Shown piece by piece: positions 51,617 to 63,240 of a stretch of 64,000 nucleotides of DNA. Below the pieces are notes generated by a model. It was not told the origin of the DNA and did not search any database. It was given only the letters and a program-made list of their open reading frames with translations. The position numbers were made by a program, and so were the translations under genes. The DNA is from Isurus oxyrinchus (Eukaryota). How positions within the stretch are numbered: position 1 is the first letter of the stretch; each line of letters begins with the position of its first letter. The DNA lies in NCBI GenBank assembly GCA_026770705.1, contig JANJGN010000724.1:1-64000 (forward strand), written 5' to 3'.

Positions 51617-52542
51617 TGTTATCACTTGGCAGGTAATGTGTGCCAGGCAGACCAAGTCCATGAGAGAAAGATGGTCACATGATCATAATGATTTTGCAAT
51701 TTGTATTTATTATGAGATGTGTGCACTGAATTCAGAAGCAATAATTACATAAAGACCTTTAGCGATTTGAAAATTAAATTAAAATACTTGCTCTCAAAAT
51801 AAATGATTTGAAGCACATACATAACTCTACAATTACCACTATAATAATTCTTAAAATTCTGAATTAAACTGACTCCCAGTTACACTCCCTTTAAGGCAAC
51901 GGTCCAAAAATAGACTTTATATTTAAAACAAACCCAGCAAGTTAACACAATATAAAAGCAATACCCTGCACAGAGGAATTCCAAGTGGCTTTTCCCCAAC
52001 TTCAGTTCTGTTGGATAGCAGGCTTGTGCACAAATGCTAGAGGTTTCATTAAGACTATATCACACACTCGTGTTAGATCTTACATGGCATTCTGACACAT
52101 AGCCTTTCATTCTCCCTGATAGATATATATTTCTCTCTTTGTAACATGAAAATTCTATTGTTCCATATGTTTTTGAAACTGTATATTCCACATAACAAAC
52201 TCTTTCGTGGTGCCCATATTGCCAGGAGCCTTTGAGAAAAATAAACACATTCCTTAGTCTTGCTTATCTGGCTAGTTGTAAACAAGCTAAGATTCCTTTG
52301 AAATCCAACAACCCCTTCATTGATAGAAAAATGCAAATTCTCTTCATACCTTCCATGCTAAGCAGCATCCATGTTTCCTCAATAGCATGTCAAGCACCTA
52401 GCTCCTTTTGATCATTTTAAACTTCCAATCTAATTAACTCCAAATGTACTTAAATCACATGCAGACCCATCATGCGTACCCCCATAAACCTACTTCACAA
52501 TATACTATAAAATATTATGAAAATTATTATACTTACATCACA
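51617..52542. mobile_element. Solo LTR family 1
   Basis: TGTTAT...ATCACA, imperfect TSD ACAG/ATAG, homologous to 7300-8251. Confidence 0.75.
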
Positions 52543-52945
52543 ATAGGAACCACTGCCTTAGACACTGAGGATCTAGGACAGCTAGGCCAATTCATGATTC
52601 ATGATGGTGATAATGGGGGAATTCTGAAGGCTCCTAATCCATTGTCCTACGTTGTAAATCAGCAGTGAACTCACTTCAATTAGTGTGTCTTGTAGACACT
52701 GTGTTGGGTGGCAGACTGACTTCACTAAATAGGTACCTGAGGGTCATGAGCCAATTTAGAATGAACTTGTCCACTCCTGTGTCCGGAATTCTCTTCAATC
52801 TGTTGTGAAACCTTGGGGCATTCATTGTGTGACCTGTGGATTATCCAGACTGCAGCCTGTGTGCCCCAGTGATGGAGGGGGTGAATATTGAGTCTAGTGG
52901 ATTGAGAAAACATTCAGAGTTAAATATTGATATTTCTCTCCCTAG

Positions 52946-53320
52946 TTGGACTATCACAAGTGTGGAAAGGTGACACTCCAGGAGAGGTGACAGCGCAGGA
53001 AGGTTCGTGTGTACAGATTCCATGTAATTACAGTTATCCATCATATTTAGTAGCGAGATCACCAGTCGGAATCTGGTATATGAGAAGGAATTGGGAAAAA
53101 TGGAATGAACGGTCTATAGCCTTTCACTCCAAGGATCATAATCGCGAGTTACCACAGTTCCACCATCGGACCCAGCTGTCTGGAGACCTGAAAGATGGCG
53201 ACTGTTCCCTGATTATAAACAACATCAGACGGGAAGATGCAGGATATTATTTATTCAGCCTAGAATTTGACAACAGGAATAGATACAACGACCGTCCTGA
53301 AACCCAGCTTCACGTTTCTG
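52946..53320 (+). CDS. Gene D V-set exon V1 (essential Arg replaced by Ser)
   Basis: 375 nt open; ...EDAGYYLFSLEFDNRNRYNDRPETQLHVS. Confidence 0.9.
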
Positions 53321-53499
53321 GTAAGTGCTGTGTTATAATTACTCAACAATTCACATCCAACACTCAATGGGAAATAATAGTGTTTGATTTGCTTGTTTTT
53401 TGGCCGTGTTAACCAGCGCCACTATTTTTAATGATTTGTCTATTTCTGCTCCCAGATCCATAAGCTTATTGTGTGTGATTGAATCCACATCATAGCTGT

Positions 53500-55110
53500 A
53501 ACATAAACCGAGCTGAGGGGTGATGACACCTCCCCCCTGAGTGAAGTATCTCCTCCCCACTACACCTTCCACCCCTCACACTGTCCGTGTAAACCCCCGT
53601 CCCATCTCCAGCCTCTCTTTCCCCTCCAAAGTCCTGCAACCTGTTTCCATCTCCCGAATCTGTTCCCATCTTTCCCGGAACTCCATGTTTGAATCCCTCC
53701 AATCAGGTTCCCACCCCAGCCACTGTGCTGAAACAGCTCTTATCAAGGTCACAAATGGCATCCTGTGTGACTGTGACAAAGGTCAACTTTCCCTCCTCGT
53801 CCTTCTCGATCTGTCTGCAGCCTTTGACACGCTCGACCACACCATCCTCCTCCAACACCTCTCCACTGTGGTCCAGCTGGGTGGGACTGCTCTCCCCTGG
53901 CTCCATTCTTATCCATCTCATCGTAGCCAGAGAATCACTTGCAATGGCTTTGCAGCATCATCTGAACAGTGTTAGTTTTCACCTGTCCACTGAGGATCCC
54001 CAGCTCTACCTCACCACCACCTCTCTCGACTCCTCCACTGCTGCTAAATTATCAGGCTGCTTATCCGACATCCAGTACTGGATGGGCAGAAATTCCCTCC
54101 AATTAAATATTGGAAAGACTGAAGCCATTGTCTTCATTCCCCGCTCCAAACTCTGTTCCCTCGCTACCAACTCCATTCCTCTCCCTGGCAGCTCTCTGAG
54201 ATTGAAGCCAATCTGTTCACAGCTTTGTTGTCCCATTTGATCCTGAGATGAGCTTCCGGCCTCCTATCTGCGCCCTCACTAACACCGTCTATTTCCACCT
54301 CCGTAACATCGCACGACGTCACCCTGTCTCAGCTCATCTGCTGCTGAAACCCTCATCCACGCCTTCATTACCTCCAGTCTCGACTGTTCCAACACACGCT
54401 CTACACTCCATAAACTTGAGGCCATCCAAAACTGCTGACCACGTCCTTACTCACACCAAGTCCCGTTCCCTTATCACCCGCTCTGCTCGATGACCGAGAC
54501 TGGCTCCTGGTCAAGCAAAGTCTCAATGTCCAAATTTTCATCTTTGTTTCCTCACTATCTCTGTAATCTCCTTGTCCTCCTCCAGTACCTACAACCATCC
54601 CATTCTCTGTAACCTCTTCAAGCCTCTACCGCTTCCCTATATCTGTAAATTCATCCTGCCCAACAAACCTACCAATCTCTGCAACCTCCTCCAGCCACTA
54701 CAAACCTCCCTATTTCTGTAACTTCCTCCTGCCCCTAAAAGCTTCCCTATCTCTGTAGCCTGCTCCAGTCCTGACAACTTTCCCTGCCCCTGTAACCTGC
54801 CCCAGTCACTACAACCCTCCCGACCTCTGCAAACTCCTCCAGACCCTACACTCTCCCAATCTCTCTTAACTTTTCCAGTCCCTACAAACCTCCCTATCGC
54901 TATAACTCCTCCAATCACTACAAACCTCGCTATCTCTGTAACCTCCTCCAGCCCCTACAACCCTCCCTATCTCTGTAACCTCCTCCAGACCCACCAACCT
55001 TCAGAGGTCTCTGCGCTCCTCCAATTCCAGCCTCTTGACCATCCCCCGATCTCAACACTCTAACATCGGTGGCCATGCCTTCAGCTGCCTGGGGACCGAG
55101 CTCCGTAATA
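53500..55110 (+). mobile_element. L2 LINE fragment
   Basis: QSG...HCAETALIKVTN...LLDLSAAFDTLDHTILL; LQLNIGKTEAIVF. Confidence 0.9.
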
Positions 55111-55869
55111 CCCTCCCTTAAGCCCTCTCCATCCCTCACACTCACTCTCTCTCTCTCACTATCCATTTCATCCCTCTTTTAAGTTTCTCCATAACACCGA
55201 TCCCTTCTGGTCAGCTGTCGCTAATATCTCCACATGTGTCTGCGTGACATACTTTGTTTTATGACGCTCCTGTGTAGCACCTTGGGGTGATTTGTCATGT
55301 TCAAGTTGTTGTGAAAATATAAGTTGTTGCCCTTTGACCCTCGACCCCAGATTGAGTCTTATTTTTGAGGGAATGTACAACCTGCTTAGATTTCTGACCA
55401 AAGTGTCATTTGATTATTTTTATTGAGCGAATGCCAAGCCCCGATACCGAGCGAGAGCCTCCTCATTTGCTGAGTTCAAGGTGATGAGTCAGCCCCTTAG
55501 TCCGTAGAGGGGATTCTCCTCGGTAATGTACAGCCTTGTTTGTGTCTCTCCACAAGCGCATGAGGGGTTTGTACAGAGGCTGCAGCGCTGGAGGGGGTCT
55601 GCACAGGGGTCCTGGCCTGTCCTGAGCTGGTTTTAGCAAGGACCACTCTGGCCTTGGCAGCTGAAAGCCAGCCATTGGACAGACAGGGCCTGTCACAAGG
55701 AGCCTGTTAGTCACTCCCCCCCGTGTCTCCTGTGCTCGGATCCAGACCATGTTGGCTGGTGGATCTGGCTCAGGAAGGGTCCTCCCCATGGGACCCCCAG
55801 ATGGAAGGTGGGTCGAGCGGGTCAGTCACTTGCATGTTTATTCTGCAGCTTTAATATTTTAAGAAGGTA

Positions 55870-56665
55870 AGAATGTAGGAACATAAGAAATAGGGACAGG
55901 AGCAGGCCATTCGGCCCCTCCAGCCTGCCCTCGCTGATCTGGTTGTGGCCTTAACTCCATTTTCCTGCCTGTCCCCCAAACCCTTGACTCCCTTGTCGAT
56001 CAAAAACCTGCCTCACTCAGCCTTGAGTCTATTCAATGGCCCAGCCTCCACTGCTCTCTGGGGAAGAGAATTCCACAGGCTAGCGCCCCTCTGAGAGAGG
56101 AAATTCCTCCTCATCTCAGTCTTAAATGGGAGAGTCCTCATTCCGAAACTGTGCTCCCTGGTTCTAGATTCCCCCACGAGGGGGAAACATCCTCCCAGCA
56201 TCCACCCTGTCAAGCCCCCTCGGAATTGGATATGTTTCAATAAGGTCACCCCTCATTCTTCTAAACTCCAATGGATACAGGCCCAACCTGCTCAACATTT
56301 CCTCACAGGACAAACCCTTTAATCCCAGGAATCAGCCCAGTGAAGCTTCTCTGAACTGCCTGTACACAATGATCCTGTTACAATCTCACTAACGCCCTGT
56401 GCAGCTGTTGCAAGACTTCCCTCCTTTTATACTCCATCCCTTTGCAATAAAGGCCAACATTCCACTTGCCTTCCTCATTCCGTGGTGTTCCTGAATGCTG
56501 ACTTTCTGTGATTCATGTACAAGGACACCCAGATCCCTCTGTACTGCATTCTGCAGCCTGTCTCCATTTAAATAATATCCTGTTTTTCTATTCTTCCTGC
56601 CAAAATAATTTGTTGCCATTCTCCTCAGTATTGACCATCCCCCCAATTCAGCCTCATCTGTAAAT
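55870..56665 (-). mobile_element. CR1 LINE 3' fragment (duplicated at ~58170-58975)
   Basis: QRDLGVLVHESQKVS...KASGMLAFI; FKTEMRRNFLSQR. Confidence 0.88.
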
Positions 56666-56724
56666 TTTGAGTCTAGTGGATCCACAAACCATCCAGAGAT
56701 AAATATTGAGATTTCTCTCCCCAG

Positions 56725-57093
56725 TTGGACTGTCACAAGAGTGGAAAGGTGACACTCCACGAGAGGTGACAGCTCAGGAAGGTTCGTGTGTACAGATTCC
56801 ATGTCATTACAGTTATCCATCGTGTCTGGAAAACCAACCGCGAGGTGGACTCTGGTTTAATAATGAGAAACAGATTCCCTGGGCTCCCATTGCCTTTCAC
56901 TCCAAGGATCACAGTCACGAGTTACCACGGTTCCGCCATCGGACCCGGCTGTCTGGAGACCTGAAAGATGGCGACTGTTCCCTGATTATAAACAACATCA
57001 GACGGGAAGATGCAGGACCTTATTTTTTCAGAATAGAATTTGACAATGGTCCGAGCCATAACTATTACCCTGTAACCCAGCTTCACGTTTCTG
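56725..57093 (+). CDS. Gene D V-set exon V2 (Arg present)
   Basis: 369 nt open; EDAGPYFFRIE; 12 aa differences from the gene A V. Confidence 0.93.
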
Positions 57094-59030
57094 GTAAGTG
57101 CTGTGTTATAATTACTCAACAATTCACATTCAACACTCAATGGGAATTAACACAAACTGTGACGTTTACATATTAACACAAAACACAGTTTATTATAACA
57201 CACTGTCTGATTCTCAATAACCTGGTGATAGCTTCCAGTTCAGTCCTAAAGCAATGTCTAATACTCACTTTAATATCAATGATTAAATGTGTTGACTGTG
57301 TCTATCAATGTTATCAGTTTATCCACTCCCATCAATCTCTCAAATCCTGTCTTGAAGTCTGACATATCGACAGAAGAAAGATTTACATTTCTACAGCGCC
57401 TTTCACCACCCTAGAGTTCCTACCCTAAATCTCTCCCTCTCCCTCTTCCTCTCCCTCTCTCTCTCTCTCTCTCTGTCTCTTTCTCTCTGTCTTTCCATAA
57501 CACCGACCTCTTCTGGCCAGCTGTCGCTAATATCTCCACATGTGTCTGGGTGACATACTTTGTTTTATGACGCTCCTGTGTAGCACCTTGGAGTGATTTG
57601 TCATGTTAAAGTTGTTGTGAAAATATAAGTTGTTGCCCTTTGACCCTCGACCCCAGATCGAGTCTTATTTTTGAGGGAATGTACAACCTCCTTAGATTTC
57701 TGACCAAAATGTCATTTGATTATTTTTATTGACCGAATGCCAAGCCCCGATACCGAGCGAGAGCCTCCTCATTTGCTGAGTTTAAGGTGATGAGTCAGCC
57801 CCTTAGTCCGTAGAGGGGATTCTCCTCGGTAATGTGCAGCCTTGTTTGTGTCTCTCCACAAGCGCATGAGGGGTTTGTACAGAGGCTGCAGCGCTGGAGG
57901 GGGTCTGCACAGGGATCCTGGCCTGTCCTGAGCCGGTTTTAGCAAGGACCACTCTGGCCTTGGCAGCTGAAAGCCAGCCATTGGACAGACGGGGCCTGTC
58001 ACAAGGAGCCTGTTAGTCACTCCCCACTGTGTCTCCTGTGCTCAGATCTAGACCATGTTGGCTGGTGGATCTGGCTCAGGAAGGGTCCTCCCCATGGGAC
58101 CCCCAGATGGAAGGTGGGTCGAGCGGGTCAGTCACTTGCATGTTTATTCTGCAGCTTTAATATTTTAAGATGGTAAGAATGTAAGAACATAAGAAATAGG
58201 GACAGGAGAATGCCATTCGGTCCCTCGAGCCTGCTCTCACTGATCTGGTTGTGGCCTCAACTCCATTTTCCTGCCTGTCCCCCAAACCCTTGACTCCTTT
58301 GTCGATCAAAAACCTGCCTCACTCAGCCTTGAGTCTATTCAATGGCCCAGCCTCCACTGCTCTCTGGGGAAGAGAAGTCCACAGGCTAGCGCCCCTCTGA
58401 GAGAGGAAATTCCTCCTCATCTCAGTCTTAAATGGGAGAGCCCTCATTCCGAAACTGTGCTCCCTGGTTCTAAATTCCCCCACGAGGGGGAAACATCCTC
58501 CCAGCATCCACCCTGTCAAGCCCCCTTGGAATCGGATATGTTTCAATAAGGTCACCCCTCATTCTTCTAAACTCCAATGGATACAGGCCCAACCTGCTCA
58601 ACATTTCCTCACAGGACAAACCCTTTAATCCCAGGAATCAGCCCAGTGAAGCTTCTCTGAACTGCCTGTACACAATGATCCTGTTAAAATCTCACTAACG
58701 CCCTGTGCAGCTGTTGCAAGACTTCCCTCCTTATATACTCCATCCTTTTGCAATAAAGGCCAACATTCCACTTGCATTCCTCATTCTGTGGTGTTCCTGA
58801 ATGCTGACTTTCTGTGATTCATGTACAAGGACACCCAGATCCCTCTGTACTGCATTCTGCAGCCTGTCTCCAGTTAAATAATATTCTGATTTTCTATTCT
58901 TCCTGCCAAAATAATTTGTTGCCATCCTCCTCAGTATTGACCATCCCCCCAATTCAGCCTCATCTGTAAATTTTGAGTCTCGTGGATCCACAAACCATCC
59001 AGAGATAAATATTGAGATTTCTCTCCCCAG

Positions 59031-59399
59031 TTGGACTGTCACAAGAGTGGAAAGGTGACAATCCACGAGAGGTGACAGCTCAGGAAGGTTCGTGTGTACA
59101 GATTCCATGTCATTACAGTTATCCATCGTTTCTGGAAAACCAACCGCGAGGTGGACTCTGGTTTAATAATGAGGAACAGATTCCCTGGGCTCCCATTGCC
59201 TTTCACTCCAAGGATCACAGTCACGAGTTACCACGGTTCCGCCATCAGACCCGGCTGTCTGGAGACCTGAAAGATGGCGACTGTTCCCTGATTATAAACA
59301 ATGTCAGACGGGAAGATGCAGGATCTTATTTTTTCAGACTAGAATTTGACAATGGTCCGAGCCATAACTATTACCCTGTAACCCAGCTTCACGTTTCTG
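59031..59399 (+). CDS. Gene D V-set exon V3 (Arg present)
   Basis: 369 nt open; EDAGSYFFRLE; 7 aa differences from V2. Confidence 0.93.
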
Positions 59400-60127
59400 G
59401 TAAGTGCTGTGTTATAATTACTCAACAATTCACATTCAGCACTCAATGGGAAATAACACAATCTGTGATGTTTACCTATTAACACAAAACACAACTTATT
59501 GTAACACACTGTCTGATTCTCAATAACCTGGTGATAGCTTCTAGTTCAGTCCTAAAGCAACCTCTAATACTCACTTTAATATCAATGATTAAATGTATTG
59601 ACTGTGTCCATCAATGTTATCAGGTTATCCACTCCCATCGATCTCTCGAATTCTGTCCAAAAGTCTGACATATCGACTGAAGAAATATTCACATTTCTAT
59701 AGGGCCTTTCACCACCTCAGCAATTACAAAATCACTTCACAGCCAATGAGCTGATTCCTGAATTGTAGTTACTGTTGTAATGTGAGAAACACAGCAGCCA
59801 ATTTGCGCACAGCAAGCTCCCACAAATTGCAAAGTAATAAATGGCCCAGATCGCTGAGTGAATGATGGGGTAGTGCACTCCAAACTCTGGTCTGCTCCTC
59901 CACCCTCACCCACTATTATCAGTTCAAGTGTCTCGGAGTGAACGTGTATTAAGATGAGAGACAGAAACACCAAAGTCTCTAAGCAGGAAATTCTATCCTG
60001 ATCATTGTAACCTCTCAGTTCTGATATCATCCTTGTAAAAGTGCTTTCTCTTGTGGGACTGTGATTTCTATTTGAACTAATGCTTCACGTTATATTTCTC
60101 TAAAAGGATCCATTCCCTCTCTGTTAG

Positions 60128-60424
60128 ATTTCACAGATAAACCCACGATATTCCCTGCTGAAATTATTGCAGGAAAGCGTGTGGATGTAAGCTGCACCTT
60201 CAACACAACGTGCAATGAAACAGCAGCACCTGTCTTAACCTGGGACACTCCCACTGACGTACCTGGATCAGTCTCAAACACTGTAACTCAGCATGGTGTC
60301 ACTCTGACCTATACTTCTGTTCTGATCCTGATCCCATCACTCAAACACCACGGACACACTCTCAGCTGCAGAGTGAGATATCCATCTGTTTCATCGGAGC
60401 GGACCCTCGTACTAACTGTGCAAG
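60128..60424 (+). CDS. Gene D first C2-set exon
   Basis: 297 nt; 2 aa differences from the gene A C2-1; CAA G|gtaaga. Confidence 0.92.
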
Positions 60425-60747
60425 GTAAGAACGGACACCCTTCATTCTACGTCAGCACTCCCTCAGTGCTGACCCTCTGACAGTGCAGCCCGTTCTCAGT
60501 ATCCACATTCTCAGACCTCTCAAAGTGCTTCACAGTCGATAGAAGTTAACTGATCTTTAATTGATTATTGCTGAATGAAGAGACAATCTGCCTAAACTTT
60601 ACAGCTCGCACACATTATTTTCCATGGCAACACCTCCTCCAATCAGAGACCACTTGCCAATCAATCAGCACTCTCTTCCCATTAAATATAAATTGTTGTT
60701 CACTTCCTGTTGGTAAACCTGTGATCTGTCATGTTGAGTCCTGCCCT

Positions 60748-60901
60748 GACATCTGAATATCACAATGAACAGAACAAGTTCCAACAATGAGCTGTTGTTG
60801 GTCATTCCTCACGTTACATCCAGGGACACTGGAGACTATCAGTGTGTGGCAGAGAATGAACATGGAGCAGTGGAGGGATTCATAACCATCACTGTGGAAC
60901 G
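60748..60901 (+). pseudogene. Gene D second C2 exon, 5'-truncated
   Basis: Only HLNITMNRTSS...YQCVAENEHG...TVE|gtgagt remains; the acceptor and first half are not found. Confidence 0.8.
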
Positions 60902-62017
60902 TGAGTGTACACAGACTTCAACATCTCTCACAGATTCAAACACTACACAAACACACACAATTATACAAACCTAAATAGACACCTGCAGACCCACAATCCC
61001 ACATGTATGAGCACACAAAAGGACACACTCACAACCAAACACACTAACACATTCTCCCCCGTGGGTTACCTGACCTCCCTCAGTGCTGCACCGGAGAGTT
61101 GACATGGATTCTGGGAATTGTGTTCCCTTTCAGGTTTATGGAAGAACGCGGAAATTGCAAAGTCTATTAGACACCCAGATGCACAGAGTTTCTCACAGAT
61201 ACTCTCTGCCTCTCTAACTCTCTATCCTTCTTTAAAAAGCTTCCTGAAACCTAACCCTTTGACCAGTCACCTGTCCCAACTCCTCCTGATTAATTCTGTG
61301 TGAAATGTTGTTTGAGTATCTGACAGTAAGAGAGAGATGGAGAGGTTTACGAAGGCATTTCTGTTGGTGAAAAGCTTACATCATGTTCTCACCTTTCCAG
61401 AGCCCATTTTGCACATGATGTCCAATGTCCCTGTTCATAATGGGGATTGCCTATGTAAACGTCACGCTGCAGTTACACTCTCCCACCAGTGGTGGCATGG
61501 TAGCACTTAACCCTTGCATCTCCCAGCTTTTCAAGCAATTTCACTTCCCAATTTGCTACTACTCACCTGAACCACTCCCTGTGGGAGCGAGTTCCACATT
61601 CTCCCCTCTCTCTGGGTAAAGATTGGAACTGTTTATTAAGCGGGGGGTGTAAGTCCGTGGGGGAGTCCATCTCAATCCTGCCCGATTCGCACACACGTCC
61701 GAGATGGATTTCCACCCTGCACTAAACGTTTCCAGAATTTTCTACAGCACAATCCTGTACAGAGCGATGGAGAGAAACATTGGACAGGGAGTCCAACAGC
61801 ACAATGATCCATTCTCACCAATGTTCCACGCTAAGAGGAAAGTTCCGATTGTCCACTCTTAGAGTGTTTACAATGAAAACATTCATTCCACATTGAATCC
61901 CAGTGGATGGGTCAATATTACAGCAAATGTTGCAGTGATATGAAGCTTGATTGTTCAGCCAGAGTGAGAGATTGAAAGCGGAGAGTCTGTGATGATTTCT
62001 TTCTGTGTGTTCTCTAG

Positions 62018-62157
62018 ACAGTGGAGGAGAGATTCTGCACGTGATCCTGATCCTGGGAATACGAGCTGTGATATTCCTTGTGGCTGTGGTTATCACTATC
62101 GCTGGAGTCTGTGTCTGGGAGAGACAAACAGTGAAAGGAAGTCGACAGCCTGTTTGA
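62018..62157 (+). CDS. Gene D transmembrane exon with Arg and a short tail
   Basis: DSGGEILHVILILGIRAVIFLVAVVITIAGVCVWERQTVKGSRQPV*; Arg codon at 62062-62064. Confidence 0.8.
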
Positions 62158-62897
62158 AGCTTTGTACAGCAACAATCTGGTCAGTCAGTGCAGACAAATA
62201 ACGTGTGATGTTGGGTTAAGTTGTAATGAAACTGGTCAGTGTCCTGGTTAGAATCACCTTCGTATCAGAGAGGCATTCCAGCACAGTGGGAGCCCATTCA
62301 GCCCATTGAGTCCATGCTGTCTCTCTGTAGAGTAATCCAGTCAGTCCCATTCCCCCGCTCTATCCCCGTATCCCTGTGAGTTTATTTCCCCTCAAGTGTC
62401 CATCCAATTTCTTTTCGAAATCGTTCATCGTCTCCACTTCCACCATCCTCGTAGGCAGCGAGTTCCAGCTCATAACCACTCGCTGTGTAAAAAAGTTCCT
62501 CCTCACATCCCCCCTCTGCCCAAAACCTTCAATCTGTGTCCCCCAGTCCTTGTACCATCAGCTAATGGCAACAGCTTCTCTTTGTCTACCTGATCTAAAC
62601 CCATCATCATCTTGTACACCTCGATCAGGTACCCCCTCAATCTCCTTTGCTCCAAGGAGAACAACCCCAGCTTCTCCAACCCAACCTTGTAGCTAAAATC
62701 CCTCATCCCTGGACCCATTCTGCTCAATCTCCTCCCCACCCTCTCAAGGACCCTCACTTCCTTCCCAAAGTGAGGAGACCAGAACTGGACACAATACTCT
62801 AGTTGTGACCTAACCAGAGCTTTATAAATGTTCAGCATAACCTCCCTGTGTTTGTTCTCAATCCCTCGATTTATGAAAAGCTTATTCTTTCCATCAG

Positions 62898-63240
62898 CAC
62901 AAACAGCAATTTCCAAGCGGACTCCCATCAGCAGACAGAGTGCAATGAAACATCGGCATGCCTGCTTCTTAATGTACGGAGAGAAACCTGGAACGAGAGA
63001 TTCTCCTTCTTCTCCTCAGCAAGCTGAAACTTTTCCTTATACCTGGTGCTCCCCAGTCCTGCTGTGTGGACACATCATAACCACGGCATTGTCTGGCTGT
63101 GTGCAGCCAACATGGTCGAATAGGAATGAACAGAAATGTGACATTGCTAAACTCTGTTCTCTGACTGGAATGTGCTTTCTGAATGCTGCACCTTTTTCAT
63201 GCTGCGATAGATTGTAAGAAGCATTTGGGTTATGAATAAA
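62898..63240 (+). other. Gene D terminal exon / 3' UTR
   Basis: ccatcag| acceptor, AATAAA at 63235-63240, homology to the gene A UTR. Confidence 0.55.

Larger units (their letters stand above)
55130..59720. repeat. Tandem duplication, period 2306 bp, each unit with a CR1 fragment and a V exon
   Basis: 55130-57420 is near-identical to 57420-59720; V starts at 56725 and 59031. Confidence 0.92.
44588..63240 (+). other. Gene D: activating-type Siglec-like receptor, L-[V1,V2,V3]-C2-(broken C2)-TM(Arg)-short tail
   Basis: All intact exons are phase 1 and GT-AG; no second leader found between 45216 and 59031. Confidence 0.78.

Noticed and set aside
52946-59520. RAG-type V(D)J rearrangement of the tandem V exons
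   Set aside because: Each V is complete through the G strand and ends in a GTAAGT donor; I saw no CACAGTG/ACAAAAACC signal with 12/23 spacing beside them and no J segments
60721-60747. VICHVESCP resembling IICSVESFP of the C2-2 B strand
   Set aside because: Only about 16 of 23 nt match while the true remnant is near-identical, it is out of frame with that remnant, and no acceptor is evident; likely chance
62828-63217. 129-aa ORF duplicated at 28262-28651
   Set aside because: It starts in antisense CR1 and ends in sequence homologous to the gene A 3' UTR; its conservation reflects the recent inverted duplication
8542-63240. Assigning a specific symbol such as CD22, MAG, CD33 or SIGLEC14/15
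   Set aside because: Domain counts do not fit CD22 or MAG, and orthology cannot be established without a phylogeny
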